Of a DNA stretch of 64,000 nt, positions 26,064 to 40,680 are shown piece by piece. The DNA lies in NCBI RefSeq assembly GCF_009914755.1, contig NC_060925.1; one strand, given 5' to 3'. Source of the stretch: the human T2T-CHM13v2.0 reference genome, Homo sapiens. The notes under the pieces are model-generated. The model was not told the origin of the DNA. It saw nothing but the letters and a program-made list of their open reading frames with translations, and did no database searches. Positions within the stretch are counted from its first letter, which is position 1. Each line of letters opens with the position of its first letter. The position numbers and the translations under genes are program-made.

Positions 26064-29000
26064 GAATTCCCAGTAACTTCCTTGTGTTGTGTGCATTCAA
26101 CTCACAGAGTTGAACGTTCCCTTAGACAGAGCAGATTTGAAACACTCTATTTGTGCAATTTGCAAGTGTAGATTTCAAGCGCTTTAAGGTCAACGGCAGA
26201 AAAGGAAATATCTTCGTTTCAAAACTAGACAGAATCATTCCCACAAACTGCCTTGTGATGTGTTCGTTCAACTCACAGAGTTTAACCTTTCTGTTCATAG
26301 AGCAGTTAGGAAACACTCTGTTTGTAAAGTCTGTAAGTGGATATTCTGACATCTTGTGGCCTTCGTTGGAAACGGGATTTCTTCATATTCTGCTAGACAG
26401 AAGAATTCTCAGTAACTTCCTTGTGTTGTGTGTATTCAACTCACAGAGTTGAATGATCCTTTACACAGAGCAGACTAGAAACACTCTTTTTGTGGAATTT
26501 GCAAGTGGAGATTTCAGCCGCTTTGAGGTCAATGGTAGAAAAGGAAACTATCTTCATATAAAGACTAGACAGAATGATTCTCAGAAAATCTTTTGTGATG
26601 TGTGCGTTCAACTCACAGAGTTTAACTTTTCTTCTCATAGAGCAGTTAGGAAACACTCTGTTTGTAAAGTCTGCAAGTGGATATTCAGACCTCTTTGAGG
26701 CCTTCGTTGGAAACGGGATTTCTTCATATTATGCTAGACAGAATAATTCTCAGTAACTTCCTTGTGTTGTGTGTATTCAACTCACAGAGTTGAAGGATCC
26801 TTTACAGAGAGCAGGCTTGAAACACTCTTTTTGTCGAATTTGCAAGTGGAGATTTCAGCCGCTTTGAGGTCAATGGTAGAATAGGAAATATCTTCTTATA
26901 GAAACTAGACAGAATGATTCTCATAAACTCCTTTGTGATGTGTGCGTTCAACTCACAGAGTTTAACCTTTCTTTTCATAGAGCAGTTAGGAAACACTCTG
27001 TTTGTAAAGTCTGCAAGTGGATATTCAGACCTCCTTGAGGCCTTCGTTGGAAACGGGATTTCTTCATATTCTGCTAGACAGAAGAATTCTCAGTAACTTC
27101 CTTGTGTTGTGTTTATTCAACTCACAGAGTTGAATGATCCTCTACACAGAGCAGACTTGAAACACTCTTTTTGTGGAATTTGCAAGTGGAGATTTCAGCC
27201 GCTTTGAAGTCAATGGTAGAAAAGTAAATATCTTCGTATAAAGACTAGACAGAATGATTCTCAGAAACTCCTTTGTGATGTGTGCGTTCAACTCACAGAG
27301 TTTAACCTTTCTGTTCATAGAGCAGTTAGGAAACACTCTGTTTGTAAAGTCTGTAAGTGGATATTCAGACCTCCTTGAGGCCTTCGTTGGAAACGGGATT
27401 TCTTCATATTCTGCTAGACAGAAGAATTCTCAGTAACTTCCTTGTGTTGTGTGTATTCAACTCACAGAGCTGAACGATCCTTTACACAGAGCAGACTTGA
27501 AACACTCTTTTTGTGGAATTTGCAAGTGGAGATTTCAGCCGCTTTGAGGTCAATGGTAGAAAAGGAAATATCTTCGTATAAAGACTAGACAGAATGATTC
27601 TCATAAACTCCTTTGTGATGTGTGCGTTCAACTCACAGAGTTTAACTTTTCTTTTCATAGAGCAGTTAGGAAACACTCTGTTTGTAAAGTCTGCAAGTGG
27701 ATATTCAGACCTCTTTGAGGCCTTCGTTGGAAACGGGATTTCTTCATATTATGCTAGACAGAATAATTCTCAGTAACTTCCTTGTTTTGTGTGTATTCAA
27801 CTCACAGAGTTGAACGATCCTTTACACAGAGCAGACTTGAAACATTCTTTTTCTGGAATTTGCAAGTGGAGATTTCAGCCGCTTTGAGGTCAATGGTAGA
27901 ATAGGAAATATCTTCCTATAGAAACTAGACAGAACGATTCTCAGAAACTCCTTTGTGATGTGTGCGTTCAACTCACAGAGTTTAACCTTTCTTTTCATAG
28001 AGCAGTTAGGAAACACTCTGTTTGTAAAGTCTGCAAGTGGATATTCAGACCTCTTTGAGGCCTTCGTTGGAAACGGGATTTCTTCCTATTCTGCTAGACA
28101 GAAGAATTCCCAGTAACTTCCTTGTGTTGTGTGCATTCAACTCACAGAGTTGAACGTTCCCTTAGACAGAGCAGATTTGAAACACTCTATTTGTGAAATT
28201 TCCAAGTGTAGATTTCAAGCGCTTTAAGGTCAACGGCAGAAAAGGAAATATCTTCGTTTCAAAACTAGACAATCATTCCCACAAACTGCGTTGTGATGTG
28301 TACGTTCAACTCACAGAGTTTAACCTTTCTGTTCATAGAGCAGTTAGGAAACACTCTGTTTGTAAAGTCTGTAAGTGGATATTCTGACATCTTGTGGCCT
28401 TCGTTGGAAACGGGATTTCTTCATATTCTGCTAGACAGAAGAATTCTCAGTAACTTCCTTGTGTTGTGTGTATTCAACTCACAGAGTTGAACGATCCTTT
28501 ACAGAGAGCAGACTTGAAACACTCTTTTTGTGGAATTTGCAAGTGGAGATTTCAGCCGCTTTGAGGTCAATGGTAGAAAAGGAAACTATCTTCATATAAA
28601 GACTAGACAGAATGATTCTCAGAAAATCTGTTGTGATGTGTGCGTTCAACTCACAGAGTTTAACTTTTCTTCTCATAGAGCAGTTAGGAAACACTCTGTT
28701 TGTAAAGTGTGCAAGTGGATATTCAGACCTCTTTGAGGCCTTCGTTGGAAACGGGATTTCTTCATATTATGCTAGACAGAATAATTCTCAGTAACTTCCT
28801 TGTGTTGTGTGTATTCAACTCACAGAGTTGAAGGATCCTTTACAGAGAGCAGGCTTGAAACACTCTTTTTGTCGAATTTGCAAGTGGAGATTTCAGCCGC
28901 TTTGAGGTCAATGGTAGAATAGGAAATATCTTCTTATAGAAACTAGACAGAATGATTCTCATAAACTCCTTTGTGATGTGTGCGTTCAACTCACAGAGTT

Positions 29001-32000
29001 TAACCTTTCTTTTCATAGAGCAGTTAGGAAACACTCTGTTTGAAAAGTCTGCAAGTGGATATTCAGACCTCCTTGAGGCCTTCGTTGGAAACGGGATTTC
29101 TTCATATTCTGCTAGACAGAAGAATTCTCAGTAACTTCCTTGTGTTGTGTTTATTCAACTCACAGAGTTGAACGATCCTTTACACAGAGCAGACTTGAAA
29201 CACTCTTTTTGTGGAATTTGCAAGTGGAGATTTCAGCCGCTTTGAGGTCAATGGTAGAAAAGTAAATATCTTCGTATAAAGACTAGACAGAATGATTCTC
29301 AGAAACTCCTTTGTGATGTGTGCGTTCAACTCACAGAGTTTAACCTTTCTGTTCATAGAGCAGTTAGGAAACACTCTGTTTGTAAAGTCTGCAAGTGGAT
29401 ATTCAGACCTCCTTGAGGCCTTCGTTGGAAACGGGATTTCTTCTTATTCTGCTAGACAGAAGAATTCTCAGTAACTTCCTTGTGTTGTGTGTATTCAACT
29501 CACAGAGTTGAACGATCCTTTACACAGAGCAGACTTGAAACACTCTTTTTGTGGAATTTGCAAGTGGAGATTTCAGCCGCTTTGAGGTCAATAGTAGAAA
29601 AGGAAATATCTTCGTAGAAAAACTAGACAGAATGATTCTCAGAAACTCCTTTGTGATGTGTGTGTTCAACTCACAGAGTTTAACCTTTCTTTTCATAGAG
29701 CAGTTAGTAAACACTCTGTTTATAAAGTCTGCAAGTGGATATTCAGACCCCTTTGAGGCCTTCGTTGGAAACGGGATTTCTTCATATTATGCTAGACAGA
29801 AGAATTCTCAGTAACTTCCTTGTGTTGTGTGTATTCAACTGACAGAGTTGAACTTTCATTTAGAGAGAGCAGATTTGAAACACTGTTTTTGTGGAATTTG
29901 CAAGTGGAGATTTCAAGCGCTTTGGGGCCAAAGGCAGAAAAGGAAATATCTTCGTATAAAAACTAGACAAAATCATTCTCAGAAACTGCTGCGTGATGTG
30001 TGCGTTCAACTCTCAGAGTTTAACTTTTCTTTTCATTCAGCGGTTTGGAAACACTCTGTTTGTAAAGACTGCACGTGGATATTTTGACCACTTAGAGGCC
30101 TTCGTTGGAAACGGGTTTTCTTCATGTAAGGCTAGACAGAAGAATTCCCAGTAACTTCCTTGTGTTGTGTGCATTCAACTCACAGAGTTGAACGTTCCCT
30201 TAGACAGAGCAGATTTGAAACACTCTATTTGTGCAATTTGCAAGTGTAGATTTCAAGCGCTTTAAGGTCAATGGCAGAAAAGGAAATTTCTTCGTTTCAA
30301 AACTAGACAGAATCATTCCCACAAACTGCGTTGTGATGTGTTCGTTCAACTCACAGAGTTTAACCTTTCTGTTCATAGAGCAGTTAGGAAACACTCTGTT
30401 TGTAAAGTCTGCAAGTGGATATTCAGACCTCCTTGAGGCCTTCGTTGGAAACGGGATTTCTTCATATTCTGCTAGACAGAAGAATTCTCAGTAACTTCCT
30501 TGTGTTGTGTGTATTCAACTCACAGAGTTGAACGATCCTTTACACAGAGCAGACTTGAAACACTCTTTTTGTGGAATTTGCAAGTGGAGATTTCAGCCGC
30601 TTTGAGGTCAATGGTAGAAAAGGAAATATCTTCGTATAAAGACTAGACAGAATGATTCTCAGAAACTCCTTTGTGATGTGTGCGTTCAACTCACAGAGTT
30701 TAACCTTTCTGTTCATAGAGCAGTTAGGAAACACTCTGTTTGTAAAGTCTGCAAGTGGATATTCAGACCTCTTTGAGGCCTTCGTTGGAAACGGGATTTC
30801 TTCATATTCTGCTAGACAGAATAATTCTCAGTAACTTCCTTGTGTTGTGTGTATTCAACTCACAGAGTTGAACGATCCTTTACACAGAGCAGACTTGAAA
30901 CATTCTTTTTGTGGAATTTGCAAGTGGAGATTTCAGCCGCTTTGAGGTCAATGGTAGAATAGGAAATATCTTCCTATAGAAACTAGACAGAACGATTCTC
31001 AGAAACTCCTTTGTGATGTGTGCGTTCAACTCACAGAGTTTAACCTTTCTTTTCATAGAGCAGTTAGGAAACACTCTGTTTGTAAAGTCTGCAAGTGGAT
31101 ATTCAGACCTCTTTGAGGACTTCGTTGGAAACGGGATTTCTCCCTATTCTGCTAGACAGAAGAATTCTCAGTAACTTCCTTGTGTTGTGTGTATTCAACT
31201 CACAGAGTTGAAGGATCCTTTACAGAGAGCAGGCTTGAAACACTCTTTTTGTCGAATTTGCAAGTGGAGATTTCAGCCGCTTTGAGGTCAATGGTAGAAT
31301 AGGAAATATCTTCTTATAGAAACTAGACAGAATGATTCTCATAAACTCCTTTGTGATGTGTGCGTTCAACTCACAGAGTTTAACCTTTCTTTTCATAGAG
31401 CAGTTAGGAAACACTCTGTTTGAAAAGTCTGCAAGTGGATATTCAGACCTCCTTGAGGCCTTCGTTGGAAACGGGATTTCTTCATATTCTGCTAGACAGA
31501 AGAAATCTCAGTAACTTCCTTGTGTTGTGTTTATTCAACTCACAGAGTTGAATGATCCTTTACACAGAGCAGACTTGAAACACTCTTTTTGTGGAATTTG
31601 CAAGTGGAGATTTCAGCCGCTTTGAGGTCAATGGTAGAAAAGTAAATATCTTCGTATAAAGACTAGACAGAATGATTCTCAGAAACTCCTTTGTGATGTG
31701 TGCGTTCAACTCACAGAGTTTAACCTTTCTGTTCATAGAGCAGTTAGGAAACACTCTGTTTGTAAAGTCTGCAAGTGGATATTCAGACCTCCTTGAGGCC
31801 TTCGTTGGAAACGGGATTTCTTCATATTCTGCTAGACAGAAGAATTCTCAGTAACTTCCTTGTGTTGTGTGTATTCAACTCACAGAGTTGAACGATCCTT
31901 TACACAGAGCAGACTTGAAACACTCTTTTTGTGGAATTTGCAAGTGGAGATTTCAGCCGCTTTGAGGTCAATAGTAGAAAAGGAAATATCTTCGTAGAAA

Positions 32001-34220
32001 AACTAGACAGAATGATTCTCAGAAACTCCTTTGTGATGTGTGTGTTCAACTCACAGAGTTTAACCTTTCTTTTCATAGAGCAGTTAGTAAACACTCTGTT
32101 TATAAAGTCTGCAAGTGGATATTCAGACCCCTTTGAGGCCTTCGTTGGAAACGGGATTTCTTCATATTATGCTAGACAGAAGAATTCTCAGTAACTTCCT
32201 TGTGTTGTGTGTATTCAACTGACAGAGTTGAACTTTCATTTAGAGAGAGCAGATTTGAAACACTGTTTTTGTGGAATTTGCAAGTGGAGATTTCAAGCGC
32301 TTTGGGGCCAAAGGCAGAAAAGGAAATATCTTCGTATAAAAACTAGACAGAATCATTCTCAGAAACTGCTGCGTGATGTGTGCGTTCAACTCTCAGAGTT
32401 TAACTTTTCTTTTCATTCAGCGGTTTGGAAACACTCTGTTTGTAAAGTCTGCACGTGGATATTTTGACCACTTAGAGGCCTTCGTTGGAAACGGGTTTTC
32501 TTCATGTAAGGCTAGACAGAAGAATTCCCAGTAACTTCCTTGTGTTGTGTGCATTCAACTCACAGAGTTGAACGTTCCCTTAGACAGAGCAGATTTGAAA
32601 CACTCTATTTGTGCAATTTGTAGTGTAGATTTCAAGCGCTTTAAGGTCAATGGCAGAAAAGGAAATTTCTTCGTTTCAAAACTAGACAGAATCATTCCCA
32701 CAAACTGCGTTGTGATGTGTTCGTTCAACTCACAGAGTTTAACCTTTCTGTTCATAGAGCAGTTAGGAAACACTCTGTTTGTAAAGTCTGCAAGTGGATA
32801 TTCAGACCTCCTTGAGGCCTTCGTTGGAAACGGGATTTCTTCATATTCTGCTAGACAGAAGAATTCTCAGTAACTTCCTTGTGTTGTGTGTATTCAACTC
32901 ACAGAGTTGAACGATCCTTTACACAGAGCAGACTTGAAACACTCTTTTTGTGGAATTTGCAAGTGGAGATTTCAGCCGCTTTGAGGTCAATGGTAGAAAA
33001 GGAAATATCTTCCTATAAAGTCTAGACAGAATGATTCTCAGAAACTCCTTTGTGATGTGTGCGTTCAACTCACAGAGTTTAACTTTTCTTTTCATAGAGC
33101 AGTTAGGAAACACTCTGTTTGTAAAGTCTGCAAGTGGATATTCAGACCTCTTTGAGGCCTTCGTTGGAAACGGGATTTCTTCATATTCTGCTAGACAGAA
33201 TAATTCTCAGTAACTTCCTTGTGTTGTGTGTATTCAACTCACAGAGTTGAACGATCCTTTACACAGAGCAGACTTGAAACATTCTTTTTGTGGAATTTGC
33301 AAGTGGAGATTTCTGCCGCTTTGAGGTCAATGGTAGAATAGGAAATATCTTCCTATAAAAACTAGACAGAACGATTCTCAGAAACTCCTTTGTGATGTGT
33401 GCGTTCAACTCACAGAGTTTAACCTTTCTTTTCATAGAGCAGTTAGGAAACACTCTGTTTGTAAAGTCTGCAAGTGGATATTCAGACCTCTTTGAGGCCT
33501 TCGTTGGAAACGGGATTTCTTCCTATTCTGCTAGACAGAAGAATTCTCAGTAACTTCCTTGTGTTGTGTGTATTCAACTCACAGAGTTGAACGATCCTTT
33601 ACACAGAGCAGACTTGAAACACTCTTTTTGTGGAATTTGCAAGTGGAGATTTCAGCCGCTTTGAGGTCAATAGTAGAAAAGGAAATATCTTCGTAGAAAA
33701 ACTAGACAGAATGATTCTCAGAAACTCCTTTGTGATGTGTGTGTTCAACTCACAGAGTTTAACCTTTCTTTTCATAGAGCAGTTAGTAAACACTCTGTTT
33801 ATAAAGTCTGCAAGTGGATATTCAGACCCCTTTGAGGCCTTCGTTGGAAACGGGATTTCTTCATATTATGCTAGACAGAAGAATTCTCAGTAACTTCCTT
33901 GTGTTGTGTGTATTCAACTGACAGAGTTGAACTTTCATTTAGAGAGAGCAGATTTGAAACACTGTTTTTGTGGAATTTGCAAGTGGAGATTTCAAGCGCT
34001 TTGGGGCCAAAGGCAGAAAAGGAAATATCTTCGTATAAAAACTAGACAGAATCATTCTCAGAAACTGCTGCGTGATGTGTGCGTTCAACTCTCAGAGTTT
34101 AACTTTTCTTTTCATTCAGCGGTTTGGAAACACTCTGTTTGTAAAGTCTGCACGTGGATATTTTGACCACTTAGAGGCCTTCGTTGGAAACGGGTTTTTT
34201 TCATGTAAGGCTAGACAGAA
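26064..34220 (+). repeat. 48-mer super-repeat, full copy (E-M-K-T-P-R-E-M-K-T-S-D-E'-P-R-K-T-S-D-E'-P-R-S-D; 8157 bp)
   Basis: Private SNPs recur at +8157/8159: aaactgccttg ~26250/34407, tctacac 27141/35298, aagtgtgc ~28706/36865, aaatctcag ~31503/39662. Confidence 0.85.
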
Positions 34221-37200
34221 GAATTCCCAGTAACTTCCTTCTGTTGTGTGCATTCAACTCACAGAGTTGAACGTTCCCTTAGACAGAGCAGATTTGAAAC
34301 ACTCTATTTGTGCAATTTGCAAGTGTAGATTTCAAGCGCTTTAAGGTCAACGGCAGAAAAGGAAATATCTTCGTTTCAAAACTAGACAGAATCATTCCCA
34401 CAAACTGCCTTGTGATGTGTTCGTTCAACTCACAGAGTTTAACCTTTCTGTTCATAGAGCAGTTAGGAAACACTCTGTTTGTAAAGTCTGTAAGTGGATA
34501 TTCTGACATCTTGTGGCCTTCGTTGGAAACGGGATTTCTTCATATTCTGCTAGACAGAAGAATTCTCAGTAACTTCCTTGTGTTGTGTGTATTCAACTCA
34601 CAGAGTTGAATGATCCTTTACACAGAGCAGACTTGAAACACTCTTTTTGTGGAATTTGCAAGTGGAGATTTCAGCCGCTTTGAGGTCAATGGTAGAAAAG
34701 GAAACTATCTTCATATAAAGACTAGACAGAATGATTCTCAGAAAATCTTTTGTGATGTGTGCGTTCAACTCACAGAGTTTAACTTTTCTTCTCATAGAGC
34801 AGTTAGGAAACACTCTGTTTGTAAAGTCTGCAAGTGGATATTCAGACCTCTTTGAGGCCTTCGTTGGAAACGGGATTTCTTCATATTATGCTAGACAGAA
34901 TAATTCTCAGTAACTTCCTTGTGTTGTGTGTATTCAACTCACAGAGTTGAAGGATCCTTTACAGAGAGCAGGCTTGAAACACTCTTTTTGTCGAATTTGC
35001 AAGTGGAGATTTCAGCCGCTTTGAGGTCAATGGTAGAATAGGAAATATCTTCTTATAGAAACTAGACAGAATGATTCTCATAAACTCCTTTGTGATGTGT
35101 GCGTTCACCTCACAGAGTTTAACCTTTCTTTTCATAGAGCAGTTAGGAAACACTCTGTTTGTAAAGTCTGCAAGTGGATATTCAGACCTCCTTGAGGCCT
35201 TCGTTGGAAACGGGATTTCTTCATATTCTGCTAGACAGAAGAATTCTCAGTAACTTCCTTGTGTTGTGTTTATTCAACTCACAGAGTTGAATGATCCTCT
35301 ACACAGAGCAGACTTGAAACACTCTTTTTGTGGAATTTGCAAGTGGAGATTTCAGCCGCTTTGAAGTCAATGGTAGAAAAGTAAATATCTTCGTATAAAG
35401 ACTAGACAGAATGATTCTCAGAAACTCCTTTGTGATGTGTGCGTTCAACTCACAGAGTTTAACCTTTCTGTTCATAGAGCAGTTAGGAAACACTCTGTTT
35501 GTAAAGTCTGTAAGTGGATATTCAGACCTCCTTGAGGCCTTCGTTGGAAACGGGATTTCTTCATATTCTGCTAGACAGAAGAATTCTCAGTAACTTCCTT
35601 GTGTTGTGTGTATTCAACTCACAGAGCTGAACGATCCTTTACACAGAGCAGACTTGAAACACTCTTTTTGTGGAATTTGCAAGTGGAGATTTCAGCCGCT
35701 TTGAGGTCAATGGTAGAAAAGGAAATATCTTCGTATAAAGACTAGACAGAATGATTCTCATAAACTCCTTTGTGATGTGTGCGTTCAACTCACAGAGTTT
35801 AACTTTTCTTTTCATAGAGCAGTTAGGAAACACTCTGTTTGTAAAGTCTGCAAGTGGATATTCAGACCTCTTTGAGGCCTTCGTTGGAAACGGGATTTCT
35901 TCATATTATGCTAGACAGAATAATTCTCAGTAACTTCCTTGTTTTGTGTGTATTCAACTCACAGAGTTGAACGATCCTTTACACAGAGCAGACTTGAAAC
36001 ATTCTTTTTCTGGAATTTGCAAGTGGAGATTTCAGCCGCTTTGAGGTCAATGGTAGAATAGGAAATATCTTCCTATAGAAACTAGACAGAACGATTCTCA
36101 GAAACTCCTTTGTGATGTGTGCGTTCAACTCACAGAGTTTAACCTTTCTTTTCATAGAGCAGTTAGGAAACACTCTGTTTGTAAAGTCTGCAAGTGGATA
36201 TTCAGACCTCTTTGAGGCCTTCGTTGGAAACGGGATTTCTTCCTATTCTGCTAGACAGAAGAATTCCCAGTAACTTCCTTGTGTTGTGTGCATTCAACTC
36301 ACAGATTTGAACGTTCCCTTAGACAGAGCAGATTTGAAACACTCTATTTGTGAAATTTCCAAGTGTAGATTTCAAGCGCTTTAAGGTCAACGGCAGAAAA
36401 GGAAATATCTTCGTTTCAAAACTAGACAGAATCATTCCCACAAACTGCGTTGTGATGTGTACGTTCAACTCACAGAGTTTAACCTTTCTGTTCATAGAGC
36501 AGTTAGGAAACACTCTGTTTGTAAAGTCTGTAAGTGGATATTCTGACATCTTGTGGCCTTCGTTGGAAACGGGATTTCTTCATATTCTGCTAGACAGAAG
36601 AATTCTCAGTAACTTCCTTGTGTTGTGTGTATTCAACTCACAGAGTTGAACGATCCTTTACACAGAGCAGACTTGAAACACTCTTTTTGTGGAATTTGCA
36701 AGTGGAGATTTCAGCCGCTTTGAGGTCAATGGTAGAAAAGGAAACTATCTTCATATAAAGACTAGACAGAATGATTCTCAGAAAATCTTTTGTGATGTGT
36801 GCGTTCAACTCACAGAGTTTAACTTTTCTTCTCATAGAGCAGTTAGGAAACACTCTGTTTGTAAAGTGTGCAAGTGGATATTCAGACCTCTTTGAGGCCT
36901 TCGTTGGAAACGGGATTTCTTCATATTATGCTAGACAGAATAATTCTCAGTAACTTCCTTGTGTTGTGTGTATTCAACTCACAGAGTTGAAGGATCCTTT
37001 ACAGAGAGCAGGCTTGAAACACTCTTTTTGTCGAATTTGCAAGTGGAGATTTCAGCCGCTTTGAGGTCAATGGTAGAATAGGAAATATCTTCTTATAGAA
37101 ACTAGACAGAATGATTCTCATAAACTCCTTTGTGATGTGTGCGTTCAACTCACAGAGTTTAACCTTTCTTTTCATAGAGCAGTTAGGAAACACTCTGTTT

Positions 37201-40200
37201 GAAAAGTCTGCAAGTGGATATTCAGACCTCCTTGAGGCCTTCGTTGGAAACGGGATTTCTTCATATTCTGCTAGACAGAAGAATTCTCAGTAACTTCCTT
37301 GTGTTGTGTTTATTCAACTCACAGAGTTGAACGATCCTTTACACAGAGCAGACTTGAAACACTCTTTTTGTGGAATTTGCAAGTGGAGATTTCAGCCGCT
37401 TTGAGGTCAATGGTAGAAAAGTAAATATCTTCGTATAAAGACTAGACAGAATGATTCTCAGAAACTCCTTTGTGATGTGTGCGTTCAACTCACAGAGTTT
37501 AACCTTTCTGTTCATAGAGCAGTTAGGAAACACTCTGTTTGTAAAGTCTGCAAGTGGATATTCAGACCTCCTTGAGGCCTTCGTTGGAAACGGGATTTCT
37601 TCTTATTCTGCTAGACAGAAGAATTCTCAGTAACTTCCTTGTGTTGTGTGTATTCAACTCACAGAGTTGAACGATCCTTTACACAGAGCAGACTTGAAAC
37701 ACTCTTTTTGTGGAATTTGCAAGTGGAGATTTCAGCCGCTTTGAGGTCAATAGTAGAAAAGGAAATATCTTCGTAGAAAAACTAGACAGAATGATTCTCA
37801 GAAACTCCTTTGTGATGTGTGTGTTCAACTCACAGAGTTTAACCTTTCTTTTCATAGAGCAGTTAGTAAACACTCTGTTTATAAAGTCTGCAAGTGGATA
37901 TTCAGACCCCTTTGAGGCCTTCGTTGGAAACGGGATTTCTTCATATTATGCTAGACAGAAGAATTCTCAGTAACTTCCTTGTGTTGTGTGTATTCAACTG
38001 ACAGAGTTGAACTTTCATTTAGAGAGAGCAGATTTGAAACACTGTTTTTGTGGAATTTGCAAGTGGAGATTTCAAGCGCTTTGGGGCCAAAGGCAGAAAA
38101 GGAAATATCTTCGTATAAAAACTAGACAGAATCATTCTCAGAAACTGCTGCGTGATGTGTGCGTTCAACTCTCAGAGTTTAACTTTTCTTTTCATTCAGC
38201 GGTTTGGAAACACTCTGTTTGTAAAGACTGCACGTGGATATTTTGACCACTTAGAGGCCTTCGTTGGAAACGGGTTTTCTTCATGTAAGGCTAGACAGAA
38301 GAATTCCCAGTAACTTCCTTGTGTTGTGTGCATTCAACTCACAGAGTTGAACGTTCCCTTAGACAGAGCAGATTTGAAACACTCTATTTGTGCAATTTGC
38401 AAGTGTAGATTTCAAGCGCTTTAAGGTCAATGGCAGAAAAGGAAATTTCTTCGTTTCAAAACTAGACAGAATCATTCCCACAAACTGCGTTGTGATGTGT
38501 TCGTTCAACTCACAGAGTTTAACCTTTCTGTTCATAGAGCAGTTAGGAAACACTCTGTTTGTAAAGTCTGCAAGTGGATATTCAGACCTCCTTGAGGCCT
38601 TCGTTGGAAACGGGATTTCTTCATATTCTGCTAGACAGAAGAATTCTCAGTAACTTCCTTGTGTTGTGTGTATTCAACTCACAGAGTTGAACGATCCTTT
38701 ACACAGAGCAGACTTGAAACACTCTTTTTGTGGAATTTGCAAGTGGAGATTTCAGCCGCTTTGAGGTCAATGGTAGAAAAGGAAATATCTTCGTATAAAG
38801 ACTAGACAGAATGATTCTCAGAAACTCCTTTGTGATGTGTGCGTTCAACTCACAGAGTTTAACCTTTCTGTTCATAGAGCAGTTAGGAAACACTCTGTTT
38901 GTAAAGTCTGCAAGTGGATATTCAGACCTCTTTGAGGCCTTCTTTGGAAACGGGATTTCTTCATATTCTGCTAGACAGAATAATTCTCAGTAACTTCCTT
39001 GTGTTGTGTGTATTCAACTCACAGAGTTGAACGATCCTTTACACAGAGCAGACTTGAAACTTTCTTTTTGTGGAATTTGCAAGTGGAGATTTCAGCCGCT
39101 TTGAGGTCAATGGTAGAATAGGAAATATCTTCCTATAGAAACTAGACAGAACGATTCTCAGAAACTCCTTTGTGATGTGTGCGTTCAACTCACAGAGTTT
39201 AACCTTTCTTTTCATAGAGCAGTTAGGAAACACTCTGTTTGTAAAGTCTGCAAGTGGATATTCAGACCTCTTTGAGGCCTTCGTTGGAAACGGGATTTCT
39301 CCCTATTCTGCTAGACAGAAGAATTCTCAGTAACTTCCTTGTGTTGTGTGTATTCAACTCACAGAGTTGAAGGATCCTTTACAGAGAGCAGGCTTGAAAC
39401 ACTCTTTTTGTCGAATTTGCAAGTGGAGATTTCAGCCGCTTTGAGGTCAATGGTAGAATAGGAAATATCTTCTTATAGAAACTAGACAGAATGATTCTCA
39501 TAAACTCCTTTGTGATGTGTGCGTTCAACTCACAGAGTTTAACCTTTCTTTTCATAGAGCAGTTAGGAAACACTCTGTTTGAAAAGTCTGCAAGTGGATA
39601 TTCAGACCTCCTTGAGGCCTTCGTTGGAAACGGGATTTCTTCATATTCTGCTAGACAGAAGAAATCTCAGTAACTTCCTTGTGTTGTGTTTATTCAACTC
39701 ACAGAGTTGAATGATCCTTTACACAGAGCAGACTTGAAACACTCTTTTTGTGGAATTTGCAAGTGGAGATTTCAGCCGCTTTGAGGTCAATGGTAGAAAA
39801 GTAAATATCTTCGTATAAAGACTAGACAGAATGATTCTCAGAAACTCCTTTGTGATGTGTGCGTTCAACTCACAGAGTTTAACCTTTCTGTTCATAGAGC
39901 AGTTAGGAAACACTCTGTTTGTAAAGTCTGCAAGTGGATATTCAGACCTCCTTGAGGCCTTCGTTGGAAACGGGATTTCTTCATATTCTGCTAGACAGAA
40001 GAATTCTCAGTAACTTCCTTGTGTTGTGTGTATTCAACTCACAGAGTTGAACGATCCTTTACACAGAGCAGACTTGAAACACTCTTTTTGTGGAATTTGC
40101 AAGTGGAGATTTCAGCCGCTTTGAGGTCAATAGTAGAAAAGGAAATATCTTCGTAGAAAAACTAGACAGAATGATTCTCAGAAACTCCTTTGTGATGTGT

Positions 40201-40680
40201 GTGTTCAACTCACAGAGTTTAACCTTTCTTTTCATAGATCAGTTAGTAAACACTCTGTTTATAAAGTCTGCAAGTGGATATTCAGACCCCTTTGAGGCCT
40301 TCGTTGGAAACGGGATTTCTTCACATTATGCTAGACAGAAGAATTCTCAGTAACTTCCTTGTGTTGTGTGTATTCAACTGACAGAGTTGAACTTTCATTT
40401 AGAGAGAGCAGATTTGAAACACTGTTTTTGTGGAATTTGCAAGTGGAGATTTCAAGCGCTTTGGGGCCAAAGGCAGAAAAGGAAATATCTTCGTATAAAA
40501 ACTAGACAGAATCATTCTCAGAAACTGCTGCGTGATGTGTGCGTTCAACTCTCAGAGTTTAACTTTTCTTTTCATTCAGCGGTTTGGAAACACTCTGTTT
40601 GTAAAGTCTGCACGTGGATATTTTGACCCCTTAGAGGCCTTCGTTGGAAACGGGTTTTTTTCATGTAAGGCTAGACAGAA
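34221..40680 (+). repeat. 48-mer super-repeat, truncated second copy (19 of 24 dimers)
   Basis: Matches 26064-32520 in order and SNPs, then goes to a normal E dimer instead of E'-P-R-S-D. Confidence 0.83.
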
